Source: a virus | Lineage: Duplodnaviria; Caudoviricetes | Virus record (IMG/VR): IMGVR_UViG_3300028586_000791 | Coordinates: 1-33,349 of that record | Length of the DNA: 33,349 bases | Reading direction: 5' to 3' (one strand) | Shown here: piece after piece, positions 1 through 10,092 of the stretch | Layout of the letters: the number at the start of each line of letters is the position of its first letter | Position numbering within the stretch: the first letter of the stretch is position 1 | Translations under genes and position numbers: made by a program | The notes under the pieces: model-generated | What the model saw: the letters and a program-made list of their open reading frames with translations, nothing else | Databases searched by the model: none | Told to the model about the DNA's origin: nothing

Positions 1-243
1 TTATCCCTCCATAAACGCAATAACGTTATAAATGGTGCGGTCGCTAATGTTGTACATAGCAGCAGTAATACCCGCGGCCTTTGTTTTCTTCGGTTTACCA
101 AATTCCTGAAATAGCAAATCAGACTGTTTTAAATAAGCTTCATAATATACCTTCCAGTCTAATACGTGCACCGGAATAAGGCTTTTGCCCATCAGCTTTA
201 CAAAGTTATCGCCAAGGCTTTTTATAGTTTCATACCGCGTCAT
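1..243 (-). CDS. Small phage protein with C-terminal helix-turn-helix (80 aa); possible late-gene regulator
   Basis: ATG at 243 preferred because the longer ORF overlaps the upstream gene; C-terminal AAGITAAMYNISDRTIYNVI is HTH-like. Confidence 0.55.
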   Translation of the reverse strand: MTRYETIKSLGDNFVKLMGKSLIPVHVLDWKVYYEAYLKQSDLLFQEFGKPKKTKAAGITAAMYNISDRTIYNVIAFMEG

Positions 244-244
244 G

Positions 245-484
245 TTACCATTTATGTATAGGGCAAATATCGTTACTGCGCACTTTAGCGCTAAGCGGGC
301 ACCTGCAAATGTTGCAGTAGTTACCCTCAATTTCTTTAAGAGAATCATTTATAAAGGTCAGCAATTTTCCATGCCTTACATTAGGGCAGGCTGCGCAAAT
401 AACCGCACGCTCACTTGCAACAGCCTCAGTAACCTCGCTTTTTAAAAGGTAATTTTTCCAACCCGATAAAATTTCATGTAACAT
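245..484 (-). CDS. Small Cys-rich, probably zinc-binding phage protein (79 aa)
   Basis: CAAC...CNICRC...CPIHKW pattern; ATG at 484. Confidence 0.6.
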   Translation of the reverse strand: MLHEILSGWKNYLLKSEVTEAVASERAVICAACPNVRHGKLLTFINDSLKEIEGNYCNICRCPLSAKVRSNDICPIHKW

Positions 485-571
485 ACTTTGCAATAACGTG
501 AGCAAATCTTAGCCAAATTGCTGCTCGCTTTACATTCTCTGTGTTCATGCTGAGAGAGCATAGCACATTAA

Positions 572-3382
572 TTAAAAGTTAGCGGCATCCCTTACCTGCA
601 CGTAACTGTTACTCTGCGCCACTATATCCTGTACGGCAACAACCGGCGTAGGCAAAGACCGGTTAGCGAGGGCTATCTTCGCGGCAAGTTCGTCTATGTT
701 TACACTTTGCTGCGCCACTTCGCGAGATACAATACCTCCACCTGCAAAATAATTAGGCGCGCTGCTGCCCCCTGCCGGAAAAGCATTATTGAAAGCCATA
801 AAGTGTGCCGCAGCGTTACGGTTCATAACACCTATAAGCTCGCCCTGCTCGGCTTCAAAGCGCGTACCATCGGCGCCGGTAAAGAGGGTGCCGCCGTTGC
901 TGTGGCGATTACCGCCTATACTAAACAATGCCCCCTTTTCTGCCTTTGGTGTTTTGGTCCCCGCAATTTGTTTAACAGCCTTTAATCCTGATGCCACTAC
1001 AACTGCGGTACTTGCAATTTTTGATGCAGTAGCAAAAGGCTCGGGCAAAATACTTGCAGAAGCCCATACCTGCGTGACACCGTTATACGTGTTCATGGTA
1101 GCCTCTGCAATAGCGGCCGCTTTACCGGCGGCGGTTTTCTTGCCCAAAAGCTGCGATATGTTTCCAAACAATGTGGCATATTGCGAGGCTACAGCAGTGT
1201 TCTTAGCGAGGCTTATTTCTTTCTCTTTATTGTTGTGCTCCTCTGTTGCGATAACCCTTAACTGATCATACTGCTCGAGGGTTATTTGCTTTTTGTCCAG
1301 TTGGTCCTTAAGCCTTACAAGTTCTTCATCAAAACGGGCCTGTTCTACTATAAGGTCGCCATCATATTTTGTCTGGGCATTGGCAATATTAATACGTTGC
1401 TGGGCCTGTGCCTCGCTGGCAACCCGCGCCTTTTCCTGATCATCGAGTGCTTTATTATTAGCGTTTGTAGTTTTCTTAAATTCGCTATCAAGTTCCCCTT
1501 TCTTTGCGAGATATTCCAGGTCGTTGGCAGCAAGCTGTTCGTTATTTTTCCTTTTGGCCTCAATTTCGGCATCGTTGGTTTTTAATATTAACTGCAGCTC
1601 CCTTTCTTTTGCGTCCTTAATGTGCTGCAGCCGCTTTTCTTCTTCGGTAATAAGTTCCTGTGTTAGCTGTTGCTTACCCTCTAAAATGTTTGGATGCAGC
1701 TGTATATACAAATCAAGTTCCTTATGGGCATAAGCCGCCGTAGCATCGGCAGTAGCCTTGGCACTCTCAATCTCGGCAGCACCTTTTTCGATCTTTAATT
1801 GAAGCGCGTCGTTAGCCGTCTTTTTAGAGGCATTGTATTCTGACTGGGCAATGGCAAGCTTTTTATTTTTAACCTCTTCCAGAAACTTCAGTTCATCTGC
1901 CAGGGATTTTGCCTTATCGCCCTCCGACTGTACAAAGGTCTCAAGTTTAAGTTTTTGCTTTTGCAGTGCGGCAGCAATAAATTCCTGTTTCTTTTTTTCG
2001 TGCTCTTCCTGCCGCCTTAGCGCGGCGTCGTGAGCTTCTTTCTCTAATCGCTCCCGCTCTTCCCTAAAATCCTTATGCATGGCCCCAAGCCCCTCGTTGT
2101 GTGTGGCAATTAACGTTTTCTCCTCGGCAAAAACGCCTTCGCGTTTTATCTGTGCATCTTTCAGGGCTTTTATTTCGTCATCGCCAATGCTTTTAACCTT
2201 CATAAGTTTTTGGGCATATGCAAGGCCGCCCCTTTTTAATCCCTCTATCTCCTCATCTGTAAGGTTCTTGCCGTTTGCAATTGCTGCCACGGCGTTATTA
2301 TAGGTTTCTAAGGATTGCTTTTTGCGTTGCTTAAAATTCTCCGTCTCTATTTGGGCAGCCTTTTTAAAAGCCTTTATGCGGTCTCCCTCGGTTAACGTAA
2401 TGTCTTTAGAAAGTGCGATCTGATCGGCAATGAGCCCTTTAGCTTTTTCATTGCGCACATCCTGAAGTTCCAGTTCCTGCCTCAGTTCCTGCTGTGCCTT
2501 TTTTAGCTTCACGGCTTCGGCGGCTGCCTTGGAAGAATTATTCCCCATCTCCGAAAAAACCTCGCTCGCAGACTTTGCCGGATCCATTAGTGCAAGGAAG
2601 GAATTCGCGATAGATTGTATAATGGCATCTACCGCTGCCATAGCCTGCTCCAGCACGTTCATTAAAGGGGTAAATTTCTTAAACACCTCAAATACCCCTT
2701 GGATAATAGGCATCAGCAACGTTAATATGAGGCCAACGGGGTTAGCAACAATGGCCGCCCCCATGCCTTTTATGCCGCCCGTTATGCCGGCAAACGCATT
2801 TTTAAGCAATGGCCCTGCGCCACCGGCTTCCTGCGCGCGGGTTGTAAAGCCACTCAGGCCGCCGTTAAGTATATTTATGCTCGCAAAACTTTCGGCAACC
2901 TGGTTTTTATAGTAGCCCATGGTCGTATTGAGTTTCACAATGTCCGATCCGTTTTCCTTTAGCCAGTTGCTGTTCTGCTCCAGCTTCGCATTGATAAGGC
3001 TAATATTCTCGGCATAATTAGCGCTGTCCCTTTTTAGGTCTTTACGCAGTTTTAACAGCTTTTCGTTATTATTAATATGTTCATTTTCGCTGTGCATTAC
3101 TTCCTGCAACGCGTAGTCTAATCGCAACTGGGTTTTAATATAAGCTTCATTAATCATTAAATTCCTGCTTAATATCGCATCGGTAACTTTATACTCGTCG
3201 TTAAGGGCAATTATTGTTGCTACGTTATTTTTATACTGAGAAGACTGCGTTTGCCCCTGACTTTCAAGCTTACGCTGTACCTCCGAAAGGTCTGCCAGCT
3301 GCTTCCTGAACTTCTCCAGTTTGTCTACTACCGAGTTTACATCCAGGTCGAGCCTGCCAAGCACTATTACATCATTTTTCAT
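572..3382 (-). CDS. Tail tape measure protein (936 aa)
   Basis: Long Ala/Lys/Glu-rich helical protein with hydrophobic ANPVGLILTLL segment and C-terminal GG..H..GG / FAGGG motifs; in tail gene cluster. Confidence 0.8.
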   Translation of the reverse strand: MKNDVIVLGRLDLDVNSVVDKLEKFRKQLADLSEVQRKLESQGQTQSSQYKNNVATIIALNDEYKVTDAILSRNLMINEAYIKTQLRLDYALQEVMHSENEHINNNEKLLKLRKDLKRDSANYAENISLINAKLEQNSNWLKENGSDIVKLNTTMGYYKNQVAESFASINILNGGLSGFTTRAQEAGGAGPLLKNAFAGITGGIKGMGAAIVANPVGLILTLLMPIIQGVFEVFKKFTPLMNVLEQAMAAVDAIIQSIANSFLALMDPAKSASEVFSEMGNNSSKAAAEAVKLKKAQQELRQELELQDVRNEKAKGLIADQIALSKDITLTEGDRIKAFKKAAQIETENFKQRKKQSLETYNNAVAAIANGKNLTDEEIEGLKRGGLAYAQKLMKVKSIGDDEIKALKDAQIKREGVFAEEKTLIATHNEGLGAMHKDFREERERLEKEAHDAALRRQEEHEKKKQEFIAAALQKQKLKLETFVQSEGDKAKSLADELKFLEEVKNKKLAIAQSEYNASKKTANDALQLKIEKGAAEIESAKATADATAAYAHKELDLYIQLHPNILEGKQQLTQELITEEEKRLQHIKDAKERELQLILKTNDAEIEAKRKNNEQLAANDLEYLAKKGELDSEFKKTTNANNKALDDQEKARVASEAQAQQRINIANAQTKYDGDLIVEQARFDEELVRLKDQLDKKQITLEQYDQLRVIATEEHNNKEKEISLAKNTAVASQYATLFGNISQLLGKKTAAGKAAAIAEATMNTYNGVTQVWASASILPEPFATASKIASTAVVVASGLKAVKQIAGTKTPKAEKGALFSIGGNRHSNGGTLFTGADGTRFEAEQGELIGVMNRNAAAHFMAFNNAFPAGGSSAPNYFAGGGIVSREVAQQSVNIDELAAKIALANRSLPTPVVAVQDIVAQSNSYVQVRDAANF

Positions 3383-3668
3383 CAGATACAGTTATGGTTA
3401 AAACATTACTCTCAAGGCTTATTTTCTTGTTTGATGTGCTTACGCTAAGCTTAACTTCGTACGGGCCGGGCTGGTTATAAACAATCTTATATTCGTAATT
3501 AGATATTCTGGTTACTGTACCACGTGTCAGTAGGTTAAAGTTGTATAGTTCGGTATTATAAAGCGTGTTTAGCCATACTGTAACAGGGTCTCCCACGGAA
3601 ATTTGTGAAACGGTCCGGCCAAAGCCAAAATCGATAAACGGGGGTGCGTTTTTAAGTTGTTCTATCAT
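3372..3668 (-). CDS. Hypothetical protein, PKD/Ig-like beta fold (98 aa)
   Basis: YNQPGPYEVKLSV motif; tightly coupled to neighbouring tail genes. Confidence 0.5.
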   Translation of the reverse strand: MIEQLKNAPPFIDFGFGRTVSQISVGDPVTVWLNTLYNTELYNFNLLTRGTVTRISNYEYKIVYNQPGPYEVKLSVSTSNKKISLESNVLTITVSDEK

Positions 3669-3671
3669 TTA

Positions 3672-5831
3672 TTAAGGGATTATTAAGTCTATAATATTGG
3701 AAGACACCTGATTGACAGTATCATACACACGGTAGTGATACGTATTGCTCACAGCAGGCAGAAAAAAGAAAAGGCCATTATTCTCTACTACTCCGGCATT
3801 ATTCCAGGTTATAAAATCCAGGCTCCATTGCAGTCGCAGGTTGCCCGGGGTATAATTAACGGTATAGATGCCGCCTATGCTGCTCGTGGTTCTTACGGTA
3901 AATTCTAAATACAGCTCTTTTGCCGGCAGCAGCTGCCCGTTAAGCGGCACCCGTATTAACTCGCACGAAGTGGCTTTGCCGGGTATATAGTTGTTTATTT
4001 TGTTCATGATAAAGTAAGAAGAAAGCTGCTCTATGTAATACAGTTTTTTAAAGTCGAAGTTTACAATATCGGTATCGGTAAGCCATAGCTGCGCCGTTGT
4101 AATGCAGGTATTGTTGTTAAGGAGGTTTTGCAGCGGGGTGTAGTACTCATGAATAATCTCCCCAAATGAAAGCTTATAAAAACTTTCGGTATAAAAATTT
4201 GGTACCCGCTCCGACTCCGGAAACTCTGTCGAAAACAGCCTTACCGAACTGAAAAGAGGGTTTTGTACCGCCCTTATAAAATAGTACCTTTTATCAAGCG
4301 GTTTGTACGTCACGGTGTCGGGCTCGCCATTGCTCCCCTCCTTTAGTTCTTTATCCCAAAGGCGGTAAACGTGGTGTTGCTGCCCCAGGTAATCGACCGT
4401 TTTTTTCTCCGGACTGTAAATTTTAGACTTTATCGCGTCCCGGGTGTCCGGCAGGTTAAAGTTATTTACTGCAATATTGCCGTCGTTATGGTTGCTCTCT
4501 TTGTCATTATACTGATACCTGAACCAGTTAAGCTGGGCATAATTGCCGTACATGTAATTTTCGCTTACCTTTTTGCTAAACTTGGCACTCCAGTTTTCTA
4601 AGCGGGGCGTTTGCAATACTTCCTGCAGGGTTAAAAATTCTATTTCGTGGCTGTTCCTTTTGGTATACATGGTAAGGCCAAAGCGATGTACGACCTCTGT
4701 AAGAAAGTCCCGAATGGAAAAGTCTGACAGCGCTAAAGAAAAATCGAGCGAAGAGGCATTTACCTTAGTAAGCGTAACCGATAAATTGATATCAGATACG
4801 GCGCCGCCCTCTGTAATAAGGCAGATGCTCTGCCACATATACAAATGGAAATTGATAGTAACATCAAAAGTAAAATTGCCGTTTATGTTTTCTGCCAGTG
4901 TCCTGAAAACAGGTACAGAGCCAAGAGCCATACCGGCACTGTTTTTACCCACAAAAAGCCTTCGGTTGCCGGAACCACCAAACAAAAAATGGATGTTGCC
5001 CGACACGCGCAGGGTATAATTACCCTCCTCGGGCACCGTTAAATGGATGCCATTGCCATAATTTAAGAGCTCGTTGGTTTCGGCAGTGCGAAACTTAATG
5101 AAGTGACGCGCATCAAAGGCATTGCCCGATACAGAGATGTCATCGCTTTTATAAACCTCCTGTAACGATGCCACCGTGGGCACCCCTTTAGGGTAAGTAA
5201 GCCAAAGCTGCTTAAAGTTGAAACTCTCAAAAACACTGCCCCGTGGCTGCGTGTTGTGGTTGTAAGTATGAAATATCTTTTCCCACAGCCACGACACTTT
5301 TACAGCAGGCACAAGGTAATCTATGTTTACAGATGGTGCGGGTTCGTCTAATAATGACCCTGTGTCGCCATTATAATCTGTGAGTATATACCGGTACGGC
5401 ATATCGTTATCCCAGGTGTTTTTAATGTTTGCTATATTCTTGTCGTGTGTAAGTTCTTCAAGGCCCAGATCGGTCAGGGTTTTATTCTCTATAGCTTTAT
5501 AAAGGTCTATAATACCATCATAAATTACAGCGTCGTAGCTATCGCCACCATCGGTAATGACTGCCCAGCCTTTATACACAAAGCATTCGCCCGAAGCGCT
5601 GTAGAGCGAACACTCATTTTTTTGGTACGGCACAGGCGAGTTGTTTCCCGGCAGGGTTAAAAACTGCATGATGCGCATGTTGTTTGCCGTTTTAGGCAGG
5701 CTGAATTTATTGGTATAACTGGCCTGCCGGTCGTCCAGGCTGTTAAGGTCGTTTACCTGCCGCGTCTGGGCTATAACGGTACCGGCATCAATATCAGTCA
5801 GTTGCCCATTTATGTAAAGGAGTAATGCCAA
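3672..5831 (-). CDS. Minor tail / tail-tip protein (719 aa)
   Basis: N-terminal LYINGQL.D...RQASYTNKFSLP typical of Bacteroidota siphovirus tail proteins; next to tape measure; TTG start. Confidence 0.65.
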   Translation of the reverse strand: MALLLYINGQLTDIDAGTVIAQTRQVNDLNSLDDRQASYTNKFSLPKTANNMRIMQFLTLPGNNSPVPYQKNECSLYSASGECFVYKGWAVITDGGDSYDAVIYDGIIDLYKAIENKTLTDLGLEELTHDKNIANIKNTWDNDMPYRYILTDYNGDTGSLLDEPAPSVNIDYLVPAVKVSWLWEKIFHTYNHNTQPRGSVFESFNFKQLWLTYPKGVPTVASLQEVYKSDDISVSGNAFDARHFIKFRTAETNELLNYGNGIHLTVPEEGNYTLRVSGNIHFLFGGSGNRRLFVGKNSAGMALGSVPVFRTLAENINGNFTFDVTINFHLYMWQSICLITEGGAVSDINLSVTLTKVNASSLDFSLALSDFSIRDFLTEVVHRFGLTMYTKRNSHEIEFLTLQEVLQTPRLENWSAKFSKKVSENYMYGNYAQLNWFRYQYNDKESNHNDGNIAVNNFNLPDTRDAIKSKIYSPEKKTVDYLGQQHHVYRLWDKELKEGSNGEPDTVTYKPLDKRYYFIRAVQNPLFSSVRLFSTEFPESERVPNFYTESFYKLSFGEIIHEYYTPLQNLLNNNTCITTAQLWLTDTDIVNFDFKKLYYIEQLSSYFIMNKINNYIPGKATSCELIRVPLNGQLLPAKELYLEFTVRTTSSIGGIYTVNYTPGNLRLQWSLDFITWNNAGVVENNGLFFFLPAVSNTYHYRVYDTVNQVSSNIIDLIIP

Positions 5832-5903
5832 AGGTTTTTCATTTTGAAGAAATATTTATTGAAATTAAAGGCTTGATGCCGAAGGCCGAAAGTCGTTGTA
5901 TAT

Positions 5904-6281
5904 CCTCACCCCTAACCCCTCTCCAAAGGAGAGGGGAACTCATGCAGAAAGTCGAAAGCTAAGCCGGCGTAAAAGCAACGCGGATGCCACGAATGCATGG
6001 CAATCACGGATTATTTGCATCATTCCGTTTCGCTCTTTACATACTGTCATTGCGAGGAACGAAGCAATCTCTTTATTTATTCAATCATTTAATGAGATTG
6101 CCGCGCTACGTTGCACTTCGCTCGCAATGACAGCGCGTGAAGAGTGTAGCTGATAATATATTCTCACCCCTAACCCCTCTCCAAAGGAGAGGGGAACTCA
6201 TGTCGACTAACCGCCTGATTTTTCTTCGGAAGAGTGTAGTTGCTCCCCCTCTCCTTCGGAGAGGGGGCCGGGGGGGTGAGG
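5904..6281. repeat. REP-like cluster: CCTCACCCCTAACCCCTCTCC..GGAGAGGGG family (5904, 6163, inverted 6242-6281) plus a GTCATTGCGAG inverted pair (about 6045-6132)
   Basis: Near-identical palindromic units read directly; the first family also occurs at 14749, 15713, 21419, 21723, 21848, 24204, 24556 and 24730. Confidence 0.85.
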
Positions 6282-6336
6282 ACTTCGAGTGAAGCCCAAT
6301 CTAAAATCTGCATTCTGAAATTTATTGGAGCTTAAA

Positions 6337-6488
6337 AGTCCCGGCGGGACGGCATGTTTATAGTAAAAATGTAACCCAGGCAGTTTTGAGCTCCCGAGGA
6401 GCGTCATGTAAATTGATATACCGCTCCTCCGGAGCTCCTTTTTATCAATGTCTATGTATTTCTATAAACATGACGTCCTGCCGGGACT
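6337..6488. repeat. Long imperfect inverted repeat (REP/MITE-like)
   Basis: AGTCCCGGCGGGACGGCATGTTTATAG pairs with CTATAAACATGACGTCCTGCCGGGACT; inner GAGCTCC..GAGGAGCG / CGCTCCTCCGGAGCTC pair. Confidence 0.75.
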
Positions 6489-6507
6489 AATCTAAAATCT
6501 AAAATCC

Positions 6508-7662
6508 CTAAAGAGTCTGCGTATACCTTACCGGCAGCTCTATATCAAATGTAAAATTAGTAAGCGGCTGGCGCGGGTTCTTAATGCGTGCCGATGTAGT
6601 TTTTAGCGCTACCTCTATCCAGTCGTTATAACCGTTGCGGGCATAAGGCTTGCCGGTAAACAGGTAAATCTTTGGTGCATCAAGTATGCCCTCTACATTA
6701 CGGCGCTCATCATCGGTAAGCAGTTCGGCTACAATTTTCAGGGTATCCTGACTCTCCTTCCCTATCTGTATCGTTCGCCCAAAAGAATGTTCCGGGTTAT
6801 CATTATCACGGTCCAGTTCGCCCAACTGCTTGGTGCTGCGGTCTACGCTGTAAGTATCTTCAAAAAGCCAGTAGCTGTAACTGCCCATGGCGTTGAGCCA
6901 TTTGAGGTAAACGCCCTGTTTATAAGGCACTTTATGCAGATTGATAAACATGTCATTTGCGCTTGGTTCATCATCTGCCATGATGCGCAGGCTGTTATGG
7001 CCATCGCTTAATGGCAATACATCTTCCAGCGTTTCGTCGTCATCGCCATTACTAAATACCATCCTGAAAACGGGTCCCGGCACGGTGAACTGCGCCGTGA
7101 GCAGGTTGGTTTCATTGGCAACACTGAATAACGCATCAGGGCAGTACACCGAAACATCATACGGGTATCCCTGCCAATATTTTAATTGCCAGGCATTCGC
7201 CGATGCCTTAGCAAACGGACTCAGCACGTACGTTCCCGATGTGCTAAGCGGTACATAGCTGCCCAGCTGTGCTGCTGCCGCAAGCCAGGTGAGGCTGTGG
7301 GTAACATCATCGGTAGTGTCATTTATAAATGTGATTTCTATGTTTATGGTAAGTTGTAGCAGCGTGCCGGGTGTGGCGTTATACACAAAGCTGTCAGGGT
7401 TGGTACGGTTAAGTTCCGGCTGAAGGGTATCTTCAAAATTACGCGTGTTAATGAGCGCAGTAACATAGGGCTTAAAGTTGAAAAAGAACGAGCCATCTGG
7501 CGCGGGGTACAGCGTGATGTTAAGGGCAGAAGCATCATTACGGTTAGTGATCCTGCACGATTTTGCCGCCAGGGTATTATCCGAATAAAACCGGAGCACA
7601 TCGTTATTATAGGCCATCCGCAATTTGGTGTCGTCTATGGCCGTTGCGAAAATTATACTCAT
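6508..7662 (-). CDS. Phage tail protein, distal-tail-like (384 aa)
   Basis: C-terminal YLKWLN..G.YSYWLF and ILDAPKIYL motifs common in Bacteroidota phage tail proteins; position in cluster. Confidence 0.6.
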   Translation of the reverse strand: MSIIFATAIDDTKLRMAYNNDVLRFYSDNTLAAKSCRITNRNDASALNITLYPAPDGSFFFNFKPYVTALINTRNFEDTLQPELNRTNPDSFVYNATPGTLLQLTINIEITFINDTTDDVTHSLTWLAAAAQLGSYVPLSTSGTYVLSPFAKASANAWQLKYWQGYPYDVSVYCPDALFSVANETNLLTAQFTVPGPVFRMVFSNGDDDETLEDVLPLSDGHNSLRIMADDEPSANDMFINLHKVPYKQGVYLKWLNAMGSYSYWLFEDTYSVDRSTKQLGELDRDNDNPEHSFGRTIQIGKESQDTLKIVAELLTDDERRNVEGILDAPKIYLFTGKPYARNGYNDWIEVALKTTSARIKNPRQPLTNFTFDIELPVRYTQTL

Positions 7663-8114
7663 AAGGCAGCTTGTTTTAAGTAATTAATAATAGTATTTGT
7701 AAAATTGTCCAGGTACACCGCGCCCACATTATCCAGCATCCGCTGAATCCTTTCGGGTGTCACCACGCTATCAACGATATCGACACTGCCTGCTTGGGGC
7801 TTCCAACCCTCCCGCCCTATTTTGCGGGCAATAAGAAAAGCAAGGCTGCTTATGGTCATGTTCTTTTCAAGGCGTGCAGCAATACCTCTCTGCTGTAGCC
7901 ATTCTTCAATAGCTTTGCTTGGCGGCGGCTTGCCGGGACTACGACCATTTATATAGTCGGCGGCGATAATGCTGTAACCGTTGGGCGTGGCTTCAACCGT
8001 TACGGTTTCGGCCCAACTGCCGCTTACTGCCTGCCCGCTTGCCCGGTATGCCGAAATGATGTCCGTCCTAAGCAGCTCAAATTCGGCTGCCAAAAGTTCT
8101 GTAGGGCTACTCAT
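7659..8114 (-). CDS. Putative neck / tail completion protein (151 aa)
   Basis: GRSPGKPPP..AIEEW...AFLIARKIGREG motif of phage morphogenesis proteins. Confidence 0.6.
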   Translation of the reverse strand: MSSPTELLAAEFELLRTDIISAYRASGQAVSGSWAETVTVEATPNGYSIIAADYINGRSPGKPPPSKAIEEWLQQRGIAARLEKNMTISSLAFLIARKIGREGWKPQAGSVDIVDSVVTPERIQRMLDNVGAVYLDNFTNTIINYLKQAAL

Positions 8115-8556
8115 AACTTACCGGGAATGTAATTTTATAGCTGCATAAAAGCCCGTCCATATTGGCATCGAGCGCATCGGTAACGTCTATGTTATCCCAT
8201 TGCAATACCTCGGCATCAAGGCATGCGATCGTGTTGCCTATATCCTGAAAAACACCCAGCAGCGGTGCGATGTTCATGGCATATTTAGAGGTTTCCTCGT
8301 TGCCTCTCTCGGCGAAATACTGCTGGTCGAAATCGGCATGCTTTACCAAGAAAAACTTCCCCTCATAAGTAGCCGCCGTAATCTTTGTCCCCGATGCGTT
8401 ATAGGCACTTTTACGGTTGGTAAACTCATGCAGCAGAAAGATTTTTTCGGGCTCAAGGGTGCCATCCAACAGGTTAAGGGCGGCTTTTTTACCATAATGG
8501 TAAGTCAGGTTTTTGCTGAGCGCAATGTCCTGTAGTATGTAAACAATGTCTTTCAT
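8107..8556 (-). CDS. Putative tail terminator protein (149 aa)
   Basis: Size, acidic composition and position; weak assignment. Confidence 0.45.
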   Translation of the reverse strand: MKDIVYILQDIALSKNLTYHYGKKAALNLLDGTLEPEKIFLLHEFTNRKSAYNASGTKITAATYEGKFFLVKHADFDQQYFAERGNEETSKYAMNIAPLLGVFQDIGNTIACLDAEVLQWDNIDVTDALDANMDGLLCSYKITFPVSYE

Positions 8557-8600
8557 TTTAGAATGTTGATTTGGTTATTTGTTTTATGTTGATGTGATGA

Positions 8601-9235
8601 AGGGAACGCGGATTTAAACGGATACTACGCAGTCGCGGATGAACGCGGATTTTTCCCCTGCCTTCTTCACGCACTGTCATTGCGAGGGAGGCACGACCGC
8701 GGCAATCCCTTATTTAGTAAGTTATTTTTCTTGGAATGCTTATAGACAACTATTTACCACAAGCGCTTCCGCGCCACAATGCATTCACAAAGAACACGAA
8801 GTCATCTTAATAGGCTTGTTCCAAGCTATAAAGGACACAAAGCTGTATGCAGATATAACGTTTGCTTTCTTCACGCACTGTCATTGCGAGGGAGGCACGA
8901 CCGCGGCAATCCCTTATTCAGTAAGTCATGTATCTTTAAATGCTAATAGACAACTATTTACCACGAGCGCTTCCGCGCCACAATGCATTCACAAAGAACA
9001 CAAAGTCTTCTAAATAGGCTTGTTTCAAGCTATAAAGGACACAAAGCTGTATTCAGATAATAGCGTTGCTTTCTTTACGCACTGTCATTGCGAGGGAGGC
9101 ACGACCGCGGCAATCCCTTATTCATAATATGAAACAAAAGATTGCTTCGTGCCTCGCAATGACAGTACGTGGAGAAAAGGCTCTAAAAAATCCGCGTTAA
9201 TCCGCGCTTTCAATCCGCAACCATCCTCGTTCCCT
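8601..9235. repeat. Nested repeat block: 204-bp-period tandem units (two full plus a partial third) inside inverted repeats
   Basis: TTCTTYACGCACTGTCATTGCGAGGGAGGCACGACCGCGGCAATCCCTTATT at 8663, 8867, 9071; inverted partner about 9138-9180; outer IR 8601-8613 / 9223-9235. Confidence 0.9.
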
Positions 9236-9268
9236 TTCTGAAAACTGCGACTGAACACTGAAAACTGA

Positions 9269-9805
9269 TCACTGCCTGCTAAGCTTCCCATACGCTGCCT
9301 CTACCTCATTCTGTGTTTTAGTCTGTGCAAGGAGGTTAAAAATTTCGCTATACGGTTTTCTGCCCAGGTCGAACGGATATTGCCCAAACAGCATGCCCAG
9401 TTGCAATAGCGGAAGCGTATCGCTGTACGGTTTCAGCTTATCGGCACCGGCCATTTCCCAAAGATGGGTGTCGGTGTTTTGAGTGGCAAGCAGCTTATTT
9501 TCGGTAGTAATGATGCGTTCAAATTCGGTAATCAAGAATTTACGCGCCGCAAAATACTCGATGACTGTTGCCTGCCAAAAGTCTTTTTCAGATACCTCAA
9601 AACAAATCTCGAATAACTGTTGTATGCCCTGCCAGCTATCTACTTTTGGCAACAGCCTGATGCAGTATTTTACATTAGCATATGGCATGCGGTTAATGTC
9701 CATCTGCTTTTTAGCAAAGCTGTTCTTTGGGTTTAAGTGGGTTAATATACTGTAGGGCGAGGGGTCTTTAAGGGTAATGTATTGTTTAAGGGTGATGTTT
9801 TTCAT
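9269..9805 (-). CDS. Hypothetical phage protein, possible tail assembly chaperone (178 aa)
   Basis: Intact ORF downstream of terL; helical; function inferred from context only. Confidence 0.5.
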   Translation of the reverse strand: MKNITLKQYITLKDPSPYSILTHLNPKNSFAKKQMDINRMPYANVKYCIRLLPKVDSWQGIQQLFEICFEVSEKDFWQATVIEYFAARKFLITEFERIITTENKLLATQNTDTHLWEMAGADKLKPYSDTLPLLQLGMLFGQYPFDLGRKPYSEIFNLLAQTKTQNEVEAAYGKLSRQ

Positions 9806-9833
9806 AACGTGGGTTTTGAGAATTTGGTTAGGG

Positions 9834-10092
9834 TTTTACCACAAGCGCTATTGCGCCACAAAGGTTTTCACAAAGAACACAAAGCTGTATGTTATAGAAG
9901 CACGGGAGATAACAAGTTATCTTACTAAGAGCACAAGGCTTTGCATTTATACATTTAATTGTAAAATATTTACGATTTAATTTCAATGTTGATCATCAGA
10001 TACAGCTTTGTGTTCTTAGTAGCTTGGAACAAGCCTAATTTATGCAGCTTTGTGTTTCTTTGTGAAAACCATTGTGCACTTTGTGGTAAAAA
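9834..10092. repeat. Inverted pair of CACAAAG-rich repeats
   Basis: TTTTACCACAA...TTCACAAAGAACACAAAGCTGTAT pairs with ATACAGCTTTGTG...CTTTGTGAAAACC...TTGTGGTAAAA; same family inside the 204-bp units. Confidence 0.75.

Noticed and set aside
707-5660. Numerous antisense ORFs over long genes
   Set aside because: Shadow frames of the tape measure and tail genes, with no motifs
5896-6407. ORFs 5896-6153 and 6207-6407
   Set aside because: Translations of REP sequences (LTPNPSPKERG, VIARNEAIS)
8639-9013. 124-aa ORF with internal duplication
   Set aside because: Arises from the 204-bp DNA tandem repeat; antisense to the operon
9269-9805. Programmed frameshift tail chaperone pair
   Set aside because: No overlapping downstream frame or convincing slippery site; the gene is not adjacent to the tape measure
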